Source: Clostridia bacterium DTU065 (lineage in GTDB: Bacteria > Bacillota > DTU065). Taken from it: a stretch of DNA of 64,000 nucleotides. Shown one piece after another: positions 8,315 to 17,709 of the stretch. Location: the NCBI GenBank assembly GCA_001512545.1, contig LFSI01000087.1, positions 22,242-86,241 on the forward strand. Reading direction: 5' to 3'. Under the pieces are notes generated by a model. That model was not told the origin of the DNA, made no database searches, and saw only the letters and a list, made by a program, of their open reading frames with translations. Every line of letters begins with the position of its first letter. The stretch's first letter is position 1. The position numbers and the translations under genes were made by a program.

Positions 8315-10426
8315 CTAGTCTGGGATAGCAGCAAGCAGAGAGCTCAAAATAAAGCAGCCCGGAACGAGAAAGACCAATGCACCAGCTACAACTCCCGAAT
8401 CGTTGAAAGCCACCGCAAAAGATGCAGTGATCACTGTGAGAAGAAGCAGTTTCTGCAGTGCTTCCCCTTCTTGAGGAGGCTTTCTTGTTTCCTCTACAGG
8501 TCGGTGGAAAACCAATACCAGTCCCACAACAAAAACTATGAGGCCCTTTGTCCAGAGGGAGTACTGCCACAACCTGAGATTGGTTGCAAGCTTCCTGCAG
8601 ATGGTGTCCCAGATAACCTGAACCCCTCCTCCGGAGATAGCAAGAATAGTGCCGATAAGGTGTGACTGGCCTCTGAAGTAATCGGCTAGCACCCAGATCC
8701 CGAGAAAGACCGGCAGCGCCCAAAGATACGGGGCGAGCTTCTTTTTCAAAACTACCTTGATCCAGGCGAAAGCTGCAGCGATCATGGTTATCCCGCCGCC
8801 TACATTTGCACCGAATATGGGAAACGCGATGAGAACTACGCTAACAAGAAGCAGCACCGTCTGTGCGTGTTTTTTGCCCAACAAGAAACCTAAAAAGTAG
8901 CCGCTTACAAGAAGAAGCCCGGCGTAGTAGCCCATGTACTCGTTACCGATGCCGTAGAATCTAGCACCAGATTGAAAATCGTAACCGAAAACGGACCTGG
9001 AAATCAGCCTAGCGTCAAACACAACGTCCAGTGCAAGGCTGAAAAGCCCAAGACCTAAAAGTAGAGGCCATAGGAAGCCCAATCTCTTGGCCTTCAGGCT
9101 GAAAAAGCCCGAAGCAAAGGCAAGTGCAAGAAGCAGGAAAAACACCAAAAGGTAGAACCTTCCCGGAACAAGACCGGCAAAAAGCAGAAAAAAAGGCACT
9201 GCCGCTTCGCTGAAGAGCAGGACCCTAAGCAAAGCCCCTAGCTTCGCGATGGGAAAGAGAATAATGCAGACAAACGCTCCGATGATGGTGAGGATTAACA
9301 AAGAGATGTATACCTGATAGAACCTGGTTCTCAGTGTCTTTAAAATCGCAGAGTTTTCGTCAAGCTCGAGGAGGTACTCCACCACCTCTTCCCGGTCGGT
9401 TGCCCGAAACTCTAAAACCCCGGAACCGGGGTGGAAGGGGGCGGGACTGATCCCGGCCCAAGCCTCCAGGGTCGGTGCAAGATCTGTGAGGGTCACAAGT
9501 CCCGGCCTTTTGGTGGTTCCTGAGTAAAGGAGGGTTTCCCGAAGGCCTTCCCTGAAGACGGCAATGAATCCCAAACCATAGCCGTGTTTCCGCTGAAAAG
9601 CACTCTGTAGGGGAGAAAACAGGACAATCGTGTCTTCTTCGCCTGCAAGTCTCATCAGGTTATGCAAAAACAGCGCCGTCTTTGCCAATGCGTCCTTCCT
9701 GTGAGCTGCATAAGCTTCCGGGCTGAGGAAGCTTGCTACCGACTCAATCCGTTCGAAATCGCCTAGCTCCACCACGACCAAGTGAGCCGCTGTCTGCTGC
9801 AGGAGTTCGACGATTATCTCTATGTCCGCTTCAACACCGTAGGGCTTTAGAGGGTTCTCCCTTAGAGTCTCCCGGTTCTCTCCCTCTAGAATTACCCCTT
9901 GCATGTTAACCGCCATCAGGGCACCGGGATTAAAAGGTTCCTCTAAAGTGCCGCAGTTGCCGATGTAGGCTGTACCCAGGCCTCTTAGGTTCAGTACTGA
10001 GGCCAGAAGGCCTGGCGAAACTCGGTAGTAAAGTTCATTGTTCAAGTTGACTATCGCTGTAAAGTCCGGAAAAATCAGCGCTCCCGCAGGCAAGGAGCCT
10101 CTTGAGCGCTGGAGATAGATCGCTTCTGCAGTTTCTTGGCTTTCATTGTAATAATCCTGAGGCTTGTACACAGCTACAGGATCGGCAAGCCCCATAGCTC
10201 TCGCCCCGGCACCAGCGGTGGCATAGCCTGCAGAGAGATTGCCGTAGCTTCCAGTCTGCACATTTAAAAGTCCCAAAGCAGAACCGGACAAAAAACCCTT
10301 GAAGCTACTCTCGGCAAGTACCTCTCTGAGGGAAACATACGGCATGGTCACGAGGTAAACTTTGCATGTGGCATTCAGAGATAGCACCATAACCAAAAGG
10401 GCAACTATCAAGCAAATCCTCTGCAA
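8315..10426 (-). CDS. uncharacterised membrane protein: exported alkaline-phosphatase-like N-domain plus multi-TM C-domain
   Basis: TTG start after GGAGGTAGGAG; signal-like N-terminus; TTKRPGLVTLTDLAPT; many TM segments with GARFYGIGNEYMG, GANVGG and NDSG motifs. Confidence 0.7.
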   Translation of the reverse strand: MQRICLIVALLVMVLSLNATCKVYLVTMPYVSLREVLAESSFKGFLSGSALGLLNVQTGSYGNLSAGYATAGAGARAMGLADPVAVYKPQDYYNESQETAEAIYLQRSRGSLPAGALIFPDFTAIVNLNNELYYRVSPGLLASVLNLRGLGTAYIGNCGTLEEPFNPGALMAVNMQGVILEGENRETLRENPLKPYGVEADIEIIVELLQQTAAHLVVVELGDFERIESVASFLSPEAYAAHRKDALAKTALFLHNLMRLAGEEDTIVLFSPLQSAFQRKHGYGLGFIAVFREGLRETLLYSGTTKRPGLVTLTDLAPTLEAWAGISPAPFHPGSGVLEFRATDREEVVEYLLELDENSAILKTLRTRFYQVYISLLILTIIGAFVCIILFPIAKLGALLRVLLFSEAAVPFFLLFAGLVPGRFYLLVFFLLLALAFASGFFSLKAKRLGFLWPLLLGLGLFSLALDVVFDARLISRSVFGYDFQSGARFYGIGNEYMGYYAGLLLVSGYFLGFLLGKKHAQTVLLLVSVVLIAFPIFGANVGGGITMIAAAFAWIKVVLKKKLAPYLWALPVFLGIWVLADYFRGQSHLIGTILAISGGGVQVIWDTICRKLATNLRLWQYSLWTKGLIVFVVGLVLVFHRPVEETRKPPQEGEALQKLLLLTVITASFAVAFNDSGVVAGALVFLVPGCFILSSLLAAIPD

Positions 10427-10430
10427 ACTC

Positions 10431-11438
10431 CTACCTCCATTCATCGAGAAGCCTCCGCCACATATCCAAAACTCTAGACCAGTCGAACTCCTGCGCCTTC
10501 TCCCTTCCCCTCCTGCCATACTCTTCTCTGAGGGCGTGGTCGGAGGTAGCAAGCCTAAGAGCTTCAATGAACTTTTCTCGATCTCCTACAGGAAAGGCCA
10601 GGCCTACCTGACCGCCTTCGAGGAGATGTCCGACATCACCTGTGTCCGAGCCTATGACGCATAGGCCGCAGCTCAGGCCTTCAAGTACGGACAAAGGCAT
10701 GGCTTCGGTGTAGCTAGGAAGGACCATAATACTCCACCTGCAGATCACCTTCTCGGGATTTTGAACTACCCCCAAAAGCTGAACGTTTTTCGGCAGTACC
10801 CTCTTGCCGTACCCGTCGAGGTCTGGGCCTGCCAGCTCAAACTTCCAGTCGGGAAAGAGCTCTGCAGCGTGAAGCAGGAGATCCACACCTTTCTCCTTCC
10901 GGAGCCTCCCCAAAAAGCCGATGATCTGCTCTTTCTGCCCTGGTTTAAACAACTCTGTGTCCACACCGCTGGGAATCACCATAACGTTATCGAAAACGCA
11001 GCTTGCTTCCCTTTGCTGAGAGTGCGAAGCCACAACCACTTTAAGCAGATTTCGGACTCTGCTCTTTGCTTGATGCAACGCTGCCTGACGCAGGCCTTTC
11101 GTTCCCCACGGCGGAAAAACGGCGTTGTAGAGGGACAATATTACTGGGTTCTCTCTGGGATTGGCCACAAGAAAGCTCTTAAAGCCGTGGTAGAACACAA
11201 GGCCGTCACCGAGCCGTCTCTGGCTGAAAAAAGCCACCGGATCGAGGAGAGAAAGCTTGTCTGTTAAAGGCCAGTCTCTTACATTCACTCCTAGTCCCTT
11301 GGCACAGCTTACCACCTCTCTGCTTGCGGGATGAATCCACAGTTCTTGGCTGTGCCCGTCCTGAGCATAAGTCTCTAGAACCCGCTCCAATACTTTCAAC
11401 ATGCCACCTTGGGCAGGTCTTGTTAGATGGTAGATCAC
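10431..11438 (-). CDS. glycosyltransferase family 4
   Basis: IPSGVD, FLGRLRKEKG, PSYTEAMPLSVLEGLSCG (E-x7-E). Confidence 0.9.
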   Translation of the reverse strand: MIYHLTRPAQGGMLKVLERVLETYAQDGHSQELWIHPASREVVSCAKGLGVNVRDWPLTDKLSLLDPVAFFSQRRLGDGLVFYHGFKSFLVANPRENPVILSLYNAVFPPWGTKGLRQAALHQAKSRVRNLLKVVVASHSQQREASCVFDNVMVIPSGVDTELFKPGQKEQIIGFLGRLRKEKGVDLLLHAAELFPDWKFELAGPDLDGYGKRVLPKNVQLLGVVQNPEKVICRWSIMVLPSYTEAMPLSVLEGLSCGLCVIGSDTGDVGHLLEGGQVGLAFPVGDREKFIEALRLATSDHALREEYGRRGREKAQEFDWSRVLDMWRRLLDEWR

Positions 11439-11890
11439 TGCGCCGTGTTTTCTAGCTCCAATCTCCTTTTACGCTTCTTGCCGTCTGGATAGTCTACCAC
11501 CACCATGTAGTTTGGGGTAAACTCCAGCAAAGTGAGATCCTCGTCGTGAGTGTAGGGACACCAGATCTCCGCTTTGTGGTGATCGTCTGTGCCTTTGGCG
11601 ATCTCGCGGGCACGTCCGAAGACCTGCACTCCCTGATAGATGCCGGCATCAAATGTATCCTTACCTTCGATGACCAAAAGACAAGCTTCTGGATTCTCGC
11701 TGAGGTTCGTCATCTTGTCTCCACCAAAGCAGTGGATGTAAACCTTTAACTCGTCTCCCATAAAAATGCTCACCGGGCTAACACGCAGGCCGGCAGATCC
11801 GTTGGTTGCCAGGAAGCCTGTGTTTTGAGTTGTAAGGAACTCATTTGCCTCCTGAAGGAGTTTCTTGTCCACAGTCTCCATTGTTACCAC
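11435..11890 (-). CDS. pyridoxamine 5'-phosphate oxidase-like FMN-binding protein
   Basis: GFLAT...KMTNLSENPEACL...YQGVQVFGRA split-barrel pattern; GTG start after AAGGAGG. Confidence 0.75.
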   Translation of the reverse strand: MVTMETVDKKLLQEANEFLTTQNTGFLATNGSAGLRVSPVSIFMGDELKVYIHCFGGDKMTNLSENPEACLLVIEGKDTFDAGIYQGVQVFGRAREIAKGTDDHHKAEIWCPYTHDEDLTLLEFTPNYMVVVDYPDGKKRKRRLELENTAQ

Positions 11891-11935
11891 AGCTATCGCC
11901 TCCTTTTTGCTAGTATAACCACCAGGCAAAAAGAA

Positions 11936-11962
11936 AAAGCCCTGGAAGGGCTCCAGGGCTTT
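11936..11962 (-). terminator. intrinsic terminator after the sugar isomerase gene
   Basis: AAAGCCCTGGA-loop-TCCAGGGCTTT hairpin; A-run on + gives a U-tract on -. Confidence 0.7.
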
Positions 11963-11964
11963 GT

Positions 11965-12786
11965 TTAATCGTTGATAATTTTATCCAATGCTAGGGATGT
12001 GTAGTGGAGCAGAACCTCGGGGTGATACTTCATTGCGCCAAGTTCTGCAATGAGCCAGCCGTCGTAACCGATCTTCCGGAGAGATGCGGTAATCCTCGGC
12101 CAATCAAGATCTCCCTCAAGAAGGTTGCAGAAACCGTGGATGTTGCCGACGCTGAGTTTCCAGTCCTTGACGTGCACGCGATAGATCCGGTCGCCTAAAA
12201 TTTCAATCCAGTGATCCGGCCAGCCGTAAGCCTGTACGTTTCCTACATCGAAGTAGCTCTTTACGCATGGGCTGCCGATCTCGTCGACGAATCTTGCCAT
12301 CTCCAGCGGACTGACCAGGAACTTGTTCCAAACGTTTTCCACTGCCAGAATAACGTCTCTTTCCTCAGCTAGAGATGCCATCTCTGTAAGGACCTTCTTG
12401 GCGTTTTGGTACGCCTGATCGTACCTAGCTTCATTGCTCCAAAGGCCTCCGGGCACCATCAAAATCGCGTCGGTGTTGAACGTTTCGCAGATATCCAGGA
12501 GTTTCTCCAGCCTCTCGAGAGTAAGGTCGATGGTCTCGGCACTGGCATCTATCGCTATGTTGGGGAAGATCTCCACAGGCAGCACACTGGTGACCTCAAG
12601 GCCGGTGGCTTCGATCTCAGATGCCAAGTTCTCAAGCTCGCTCTTAGGGGTGTCGAGGGAGACCTCCCCACCTGACACTGTGACGTTTAGTTCTACCCCT
12701 TCAAACCCCGCAACTTTAGCTTCTCTCAGTCCGGTAATCAGGTCGTAGCTACCCGGAAGCAACCACCTGTTAAATGCCTTCTTCAA
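11965..12786 (-). CDS. sugar phosphate isomerase/epimerase (xylose isomerase-like TIM barrel)
   Basis: GFEGVEL, LAVENVWNKFL, YFDVGN, VHVKD, GYDGWLIAE. Confidence 0.85.
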   Translation of the reverse strand: MKKAFNRWLLPGSYDLITGLREAKVAGFEGVELNVTVSGGEVSLDTPKSELENLASEIEATGLEVTSVLPVEIFPNIAIDASAETIDLTLERLEKLLDICETFNTDAILMVPGGLWSNEARYDQAYQNAKKVLTEMASLAEERDVILAVENVWNKFLVSPLEMARFVDEIGSPCVKSYFDVGNVQAYGWPDHWIEILGDRIYRVHVKDWKLSVGNIHGFCNLLEGDLDWPRITASLRKIGYDGWLIAELGAMKYHPEVLLHYTSLALDKIIND

Positions 12787-12956
12787 TACAATCACTCCCA
12801 ACGCCTATTTTTTCCACCTGCCGAAATAATTCCATCATTCCCTCAGCTTTCCTGCTATATAGGGAAATTTCGTGGTTTTCCCGGGTAAACCTCCGTTTAT
12901 GGTTAAATTTCTAACCAAGATGCCAATGGGTGCAGGTCTCCCTGCACCCACTAACC

Positions 12957-14831
12957 TTACACCGCAGCTTGCGATGCTGTGAACTGACTGTTGTATAGTT
13001 CTGCGTAGAAGCCGTTTTTCTCGAGAAGCTCTTTGTGGGTTCCCTTCTCGATAATCTGACCGTGATTCATCACCAAGATCACGTCTGCATCCAAAATCGT
13101 GGACAGCCTGTGTGCAATGACGAAGTTGGTTCTGCCTTCCATCAAAGTCTTCATAGCCTTTTGAATCTGGACCTCTGTTCTGGTGTCGACGGAGCTGGTA
13201 GCCTCGTCGAGGATCAGGATCGCTGGGTCCGCCAGAATGGCTCTAGCTATGGTGAGCAGCTGCTTCTGACCTTGGGAGAGGTTTGATGCTTCCTCGTTTA
13301 GAACCGTGTCGTAGCCTTCAGGCAGCGTCCTGATGAAATGGTCGGCTCTAGCTGCAACTGCCGCTTGCACAATCTCTTCTTCAGTAGCGCCTTCTCTACC
13401 GTAGGCGATGTTGTCTAGAATGGTGCCGTTAAACAGCCAGGTGTCCTGCAGCACCATGCCAAAGACGCGTCTAAGGCCGCTTCTTGACATCTCTTTAATG
13501 TCCACTCCATCGATAGTAATTCTTCCACCGCGGAGCTCATAGAACCGCATGAGCAGGTTAACTAGAGTAGTCTTTCCTGCGCCTGTTGGTCCCACGATGG
13601 CCACTGTCTGACCGGATTTCACATCGATGTTTAGATCTTCAATCAAAGGTTTGTCTACTTCATAACTGAAGGTGACGTGCTCGAATCTAACATTGCCTTC
13701 CACGTCTTTTGGCTCCACCGCTTCTGGGCTGTCGGGAACCTCTTCTTCTTCATCCAGGATTTCAAAGACCCTTTCTGCTGAAGCTACTGTGGACTGGAGA
13801 ATATTGATAATATCCGCCGCACCGACGATAGGGTGGGTGAACTGTCTTGAGTACTGCAGGAAAGCTTGAATATCACCGATTTTGATTCTGCCCTTTGTAA
13901 CCATGACGCTTCCTACAATACAGATGATCACGTAGCCGACGTTGTTGATAAAGCCCATAATCGGACGAATTATGCCCGAAATGAACTGGGCCTTCCAGCC
14001 GGTATCGTACAGTTTCTCATTGATCTCTTCGAACTCGTCAATAGCCTTCTGTTCGTTGCTGTAAGCTTTGACAATCTTGTGCGCCCCGAAGGCCTCTTCA
14101 ATGTGGCCGTTAAGCTCGCCGAGAATGCGCTGCTGCAACACGAAGTACTTCTGGGATCTGGGGATGATGAACTTCGTCACCATCAGGGCTAGCGGCAAAC
14201 TGATCAGAGCGAGAAGCGTCATAGTCGGGCTGATGGTCAGCATCATCACCAATGTACCGACTAGAGTAATCAAAGATGAAAGTGCTTGGGTGATGCTCTG
14301 TTGGAGGGTAGAACTGATAGTGTCGACGTCGTTGATCACTCTAGAGAGGACTTCACCGTGGGTTCGCCCGTCGAAGTACTTCAGCGGTAGCTTGTTAAGT
14401 TTCTCGCTGATCTCCCGGCGTAGGTCCCTTACGGTCTTCTGGGAAATATCGGCCATCAGATACTGCTGCAGATAGCTGAATGCCGCGCTAAACACATATA
14501 GCGTTCCCAGCGTCACGAGTATTCGAGCAATCCTGCTGAAGTTCACCCCTGCATCGGTCATGATGCCGCCAAAGATCTCGGTTGTCGCCTCTCCCATGAG
14601 CTTAGGAGCGAAAATGCCGAAAACCGACGAGAGGACTGCGAGGATCAGTATGAAAACGATTTGAAGTTTGAAAGGCTTGAGATAGGTCAAAAGGCGCTTC
14701 AGCGAGCCCTTGAAGTCTTTGGCCTTTTCCACCGGTCTGCGCCCAGGACCAGGTCCGCCCGGACCTATCGGAGGACCTTGCGGCTTTCTGCCAGAGGCCG
14801 GACTTCCTTGCATTTTCCGTGTTTCACTCAT
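12957..14831 (-). CDS. ABC exporter, fused permease/ATPase (heterodimer subunit 2)
   Basis: TM domain; GPTGAGKT, LSQGQKQ, LILDEATS, IAHRLST. Confidence 0.93.
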   Translation of the reverse strand: MSETRKMQGSPASGRKPQGPPIGPGGPGPGRRPVEKAKDFKGSLKRLLTYLKPFKLQIVFILILAVLSSVFGIFAPKLMGEATTEIFGGIMTDAGVNFSRIARILVTLGTLYVFSAAFSYLQQYLMADISQKTVRDLRREISEKLNKLPLKYFDGRTHGEVLSRVINDVDTISSTLQQSITQALSSLITLVGTLVMMLTISPTMTLLALISLPLALMVTKFIIPRSQKYFVLQQRILGELNGHIEEAFGAHKIVKAYSNEQKAIDEFEEINEKLYDTGWKAQFISGIIRPIMGFINNVGYVIICIVGSVMVTKGRIKIGDIQAFLQYSRQFTHPIVGAADIINILQSTVASAERVFEILDEEEEVPDSPEAVEPKDVEGNVRFEHVTFSYEVDKPLIEDLNIDVKSGQTVAIVGPTGAGKTTLVNLLMRFYELRGGRITIDGVDIKEMSRSGLRRVFGMVLQDTWLFNGTILDNIAYGREGATEEEIVQAAVAARADHFIRTLPEGYDTVLNEEASNLSQGQKQLLTIARAILADPAILILDEATSSVDTRTEVQIQKAMKTLMEGRTNFVIAHRLSTILDADVILVMNHGQIIEKGTHKELLEKNGFYAELYNSQFTASQAAV

Positions 14832-16561
14832 GCTAACTCCTCCTCAGACAGCTGGGATGCTACGATTTCCCGATAGACCGGCGATGTCTTTAGCAGTTCT
14901 TTGTGTCTACCAATACCCACAACTCTGCCCTGGTCCAGAACGATAATCTTGTCCGCATCCAAAACGGTGCTGACCCTCTGAGCCACGATCAGCTTCGTTG
15001 CGTCTTGGGTCTCTCTGCGAAGTGCGGCTCTCAGCTGTGCATCTGTTTTGAAATCCAGAGCGGAAAAGCTGTCATCAAAGATGTAGATTGCAGGCCGCCT
15101 CACCAGCGCCCTGGCGATAGAAAGCCTTTGCTTCTGGCCACCGGAGAAGTTGGTGCCTCCCTGAGCAACTACAGCTTCAAGGCCCTCTGGCAAGCCGAGA
15201 ACAAAGTCTTTAGCTTGGGCGATCTCCAAGGCTTTCAAGACCTCTTCGTCTGAAGCTGACTCATTGCCGTAGGTGATGTTATCCCTTACCGTTCCGGAAA
15301 ACAGCACCGGCTTTTGAGACACAAAGCCGATGAGATCTCTCAGGTCCTTCTGGTTCATCTCCCTGATGTCCACGCCGCCAACCAAAATCGCGCCGCTGCC
15401 TTCTTCCAAGTCGTAGAAGCGCATGATCAGGTTAAGAAGGGTGGACTTTCCCGATCCGGTGCCGCCGATGATGGCGACAGTTTCTCCTGGCTCAGCTGTA
15501 AAGCTTACATTCGAAAGGGCGGTATTTTCCGCTCCAGGATAGCTGAAAGTTACGTTTCTAAACTCCAGACTTCCAGGAGATGAGGCGGGCTTTTTCGGTG
15601 TTTCCGGATCGGTGAGCTTTTGCTCTTTAGTCAAGACCTCACTGACCCTTTCTACAGAAGCAGCAGCGCGGGGAATCATCACGAAGATCATGGAGACCAT
15701 CATCAGAGAAAACATGATGTGCATGATGTACTGGACAAAAGCCATCAGCTGCCCTACCTGCATCTGTCCGCTGTCAACTCTGATGGCACCAAACCAGATC
15801 ACGGCGATGGTGCCGAAGTTGAGGAGTAGCGTCATCAAAGGCATGAGGTAGGCCATGGTCTTGTGGACCTTAAGTGCGGTCTCTGTTAGGTCGAGATTGG
15901 CTGCGTTAAAGCGCTTCTTCTCGTACTCTTCTTTGTTAAAAGCCCGAATAACTCTGATTCCGGTGAGGCTCTCCCTGAGAACTAGGTTGAGTCCATCTAG
16001 TTTTTTCTGCAGGGACTGGAAGAGTGGCGTGGCTTTTTTTCCGATGAAGTACACTAAAAGTGCAAGAGCCGGTACGGCAAACACGATAACCAGCGAAAGC
16101 ACTGCGTCCTGCGAGACAGCCATAATGATACTGCCGAGAAACATCATGGGGGCAACCAGCATCATGCGCTGTCCCATAAGAACCAACTGTTGAAGCTGGG
16201 TAATGTCGTTTGTGGTTCTGGTAATTAACGATGAAGTTCCCAAATCGTTGAACTCGCTCACAGAGAGGTTTTCAACTTTGGTAAAGACGGCTTTACGCAA
16301 GTTTCTGCCAAAGCCCATAGCGACTTTGGAAGAAAAATAGCTTAAGCCTACGGCAAATCCTCCGTTTAAAAGGGTCATTGCGATCATGACGCTGCCGACT
16401 TTGAGAATGTACCCTAAATCGTTCTGTACGATGCCCACATCTACAATGCGGGACATTAAGGCCGGCAGATACAGGTCGGTAAGGGATCTGCCAAACACGA
16501 ACACCACGACCAATACGAGCATCTTACTGTATGGCTTAAGATACTTGGCGATTTCTTTCAT
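14828..16561 (-). CDS. ABC exporter, fused permease/ATPase (heterodimer subunit 1, degenerate site)
   Basis: GGTGSGKS, FSGGQKQR, IFDDSFSALD (D replacing catalytic E), VAQRVST. Confidence 0.93.
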   Translation of the reverse strand: MKEIAKYLKPYSKMLVLVVVFVFGRSLTDLYLPALMSRIVDVGIVQNDLGYILKVGSVMIAMTLLNGGFAVGLSYFSSKVAMGFGRNLRKAVFTKVENLSVSEFNDLGTSSLITRTTNDITQLQQLVLMGQRMMLVAPMMFLGSIIMAVSQDAVLSLVIVFAVPALALLVYFIGKKATPLFQSLQKKLDGLNLVLRESLTGIRVIRAFNKEEYEKKRFNAANLDLTETALKVHKTMAYLMPLMTLLLNFGTIAVIWFGAIRVDSGQMQVGQLMAFVQYIMHIMFSLMMVSMIFVMIPRAAASVERVSEVLTKEQKLTDPETPKKPASSPGSLEFRNVTFSYPGAENTALSNVSFTAEPGETVAIIGGTGSGKSTLLNLIMRFYDLEEGSGAILVGGVDIREMNQKDLRDLIGFVSQKPVLFSGTVRDNITYGNESASDEEVLKALEIAQAKDFVLGLPEGLEAVVAQGGTNFSGGQKQRLSIARALVRRPAIYIFDDSFSALDFKTDAQLRAALRRETQDATKLIVAQRVSTVLDADKIIVLDQGRVVGIGRHKELLKTSPVYREIVASQLSEEELA

Positions 16562-16623
16562 GTATTCTGCAGAGCAGTCAAACTTCGTGGTAAAGCTGAA
16601 GTTTGACTGACCCTTCCTCCCTC

Positions 16624-17058
16624 TTATTCCTTATTTCCACTAAAGTAACTGTAAATCTTGTCTATGATAGCTGCTAAAATCCGGCTATCCTCTTCTCCTA
16701 GGTACTCGGACATAGCAGTAAAGGTTGCCAGAAGTCTCTTGTCCGCTTCTTCTAAGACTTGGAAGCCCTTGGGCGTCAGCGAAACATCGACTACTCTCCT
16801 ATCATGCTTTCCGGTCCTGCGCTTAACAAAGCCCTTCTTTTCCAAGCTGTTAACCATCTGCGTCACCGTAGGCGATGCCAGATCCAAATCTCCGCTGATC
16901 TCGGAGATCGTCAGACTGCCCCGCTCGGAGCGGCGAATGCTATCTAGAACGGGTATTTCGCTATACCTCAGCCCTTCAATGGGAGCGGGCTTCCACCTGA
17001 TACGTTGGAATCTAGAAAAAGCCTTGTAAAGCCTTTGTGCACCTGTCTCAGAGTTCAT
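16624..17058 (-). CDS. MarR-family transcriptional regulator
   Basis: wHTH pattern TISEIS..LDLASPTVTQMVNSLEKKGFVKR...DRR..VSLTPKG. Confidence 0.92.
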   Translation of the reverse strand: MNSETGAQRLYKAFSRFQRIRWKPAPIEGLRYSEIPVLDSIRRSERGSLTISEISGDLDLASPTVTQMVNSLEKKGFVKRRTGKHDRRVVDVSLTPKGFQVLEEADKRLLATFTAMSEYLGEEDSRILAAIIDKIYSYFSGNKE

Positions 17059-17075
17059 CTTCCCACCTCCCCTTT

Positions 17076-17136
17076 ATTTAGGTAGTCTATCTATTTAATA
17101 TTACCTAATAGTACTCTTCCTAAACAGTGCTGTCAA
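17076..17136 (-). promoter_or_regulatory. sigA promoter and inverted-repeat operator of the marR-ABC operon
   Basis: TTGACA-N17-TACTAT on - (17136-17108); inverted repeat TTAGGTAGT/ATTACCTAA at 17078-17108 overlapping the transcription start region. Confidence 0.65.
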
Positions 17137-17154
17137 TAGAATTTGCGTGAATGT

Positions 17155-17184
17155 TTATGCCTCGCCCTCTCGGTGTGCATACTA
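17155..17184 (+). promoter_or_regulatory. putative sigG-type promoter
   Basis: TTATG-N18-CATACTA; the -10 element matches the sigG consensus, the -35 is imperfect. Confidence 0.4.
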
Positions 17185-17202
17185 GGTTTGGGAGGAGATT
17201 AC

Positions 17203-17643
17203 ATGGCTGAGAAAATCAAAGACATTATGACCACCAATGTTGTAACCTGCAAAACCGACGATACCATATTTGACCTTGCCACCAAGATGGTTGAACACGA
17301 CATTGGTTTTGTACCGATTAAAGAAGGAGAAAACCTGGTTGGAGTTGTTACAGACAGAGACCTGGTGATCAGGGGCTATGCGAACAAGCTAGACAGCTCC
17401 GCAGCTGCCGCTGAGGTCATGACAGACGGATGCATCTCCATTTCGCCTGATGCCACAGTTGATGAAGCATCCGAACTCATGGCGATGCACCAGATCCGGC
17501 GGCTGTGCGTGGTGGAAAAAGGCAAGCTTGTAGGCGTTTGTGCCATCGGGGATCTGGCGGTGAGGGACAAGTTTATGGAAGATGCCGGACATGCCCTGTC
17601 TGAGATCTCCGAGAAAGACCAAAGCACCACATATCTAAACTAG
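17203..17643 (+). CDS. CBS-domain pair protein (YhcV/YlbB-like)
   Basis: IKDIMT, GVVTDRDLVIR, HQIRRL, GDLA; GGGAGG RBS before ATG 17203. Confidence 0.88.
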   Translation: MAEKIKDIMTTNVVTCKTDDTIFDLATKMVEHDIGFVPIKEGENLVGVVTDRDLVIRGYANKLDSSAAAAEVMTDGCISISPDATVDEASELMAMHQIRRLCVVEKGKLVGVCAIGDLAVRDKFMEDAGHALSEISEKDQSTTYLN

Positions 17644-17650
17644 CTCCAAG

Positions 17651-17682
17651 AAAAAAAGGTATGCTGAAACAGCATACCTTTC
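17651..17682. terminator. terminator between the convergent CBS gene and serA
   Basis: AAAGGTATGCTG-aaa-CAGCATACCTTT with an A-run on the left. Confidence 0.75.
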
Positions 17683-17709
17683 GACAAGATTGTGTTTTGT
17701 GGGGGGAAA

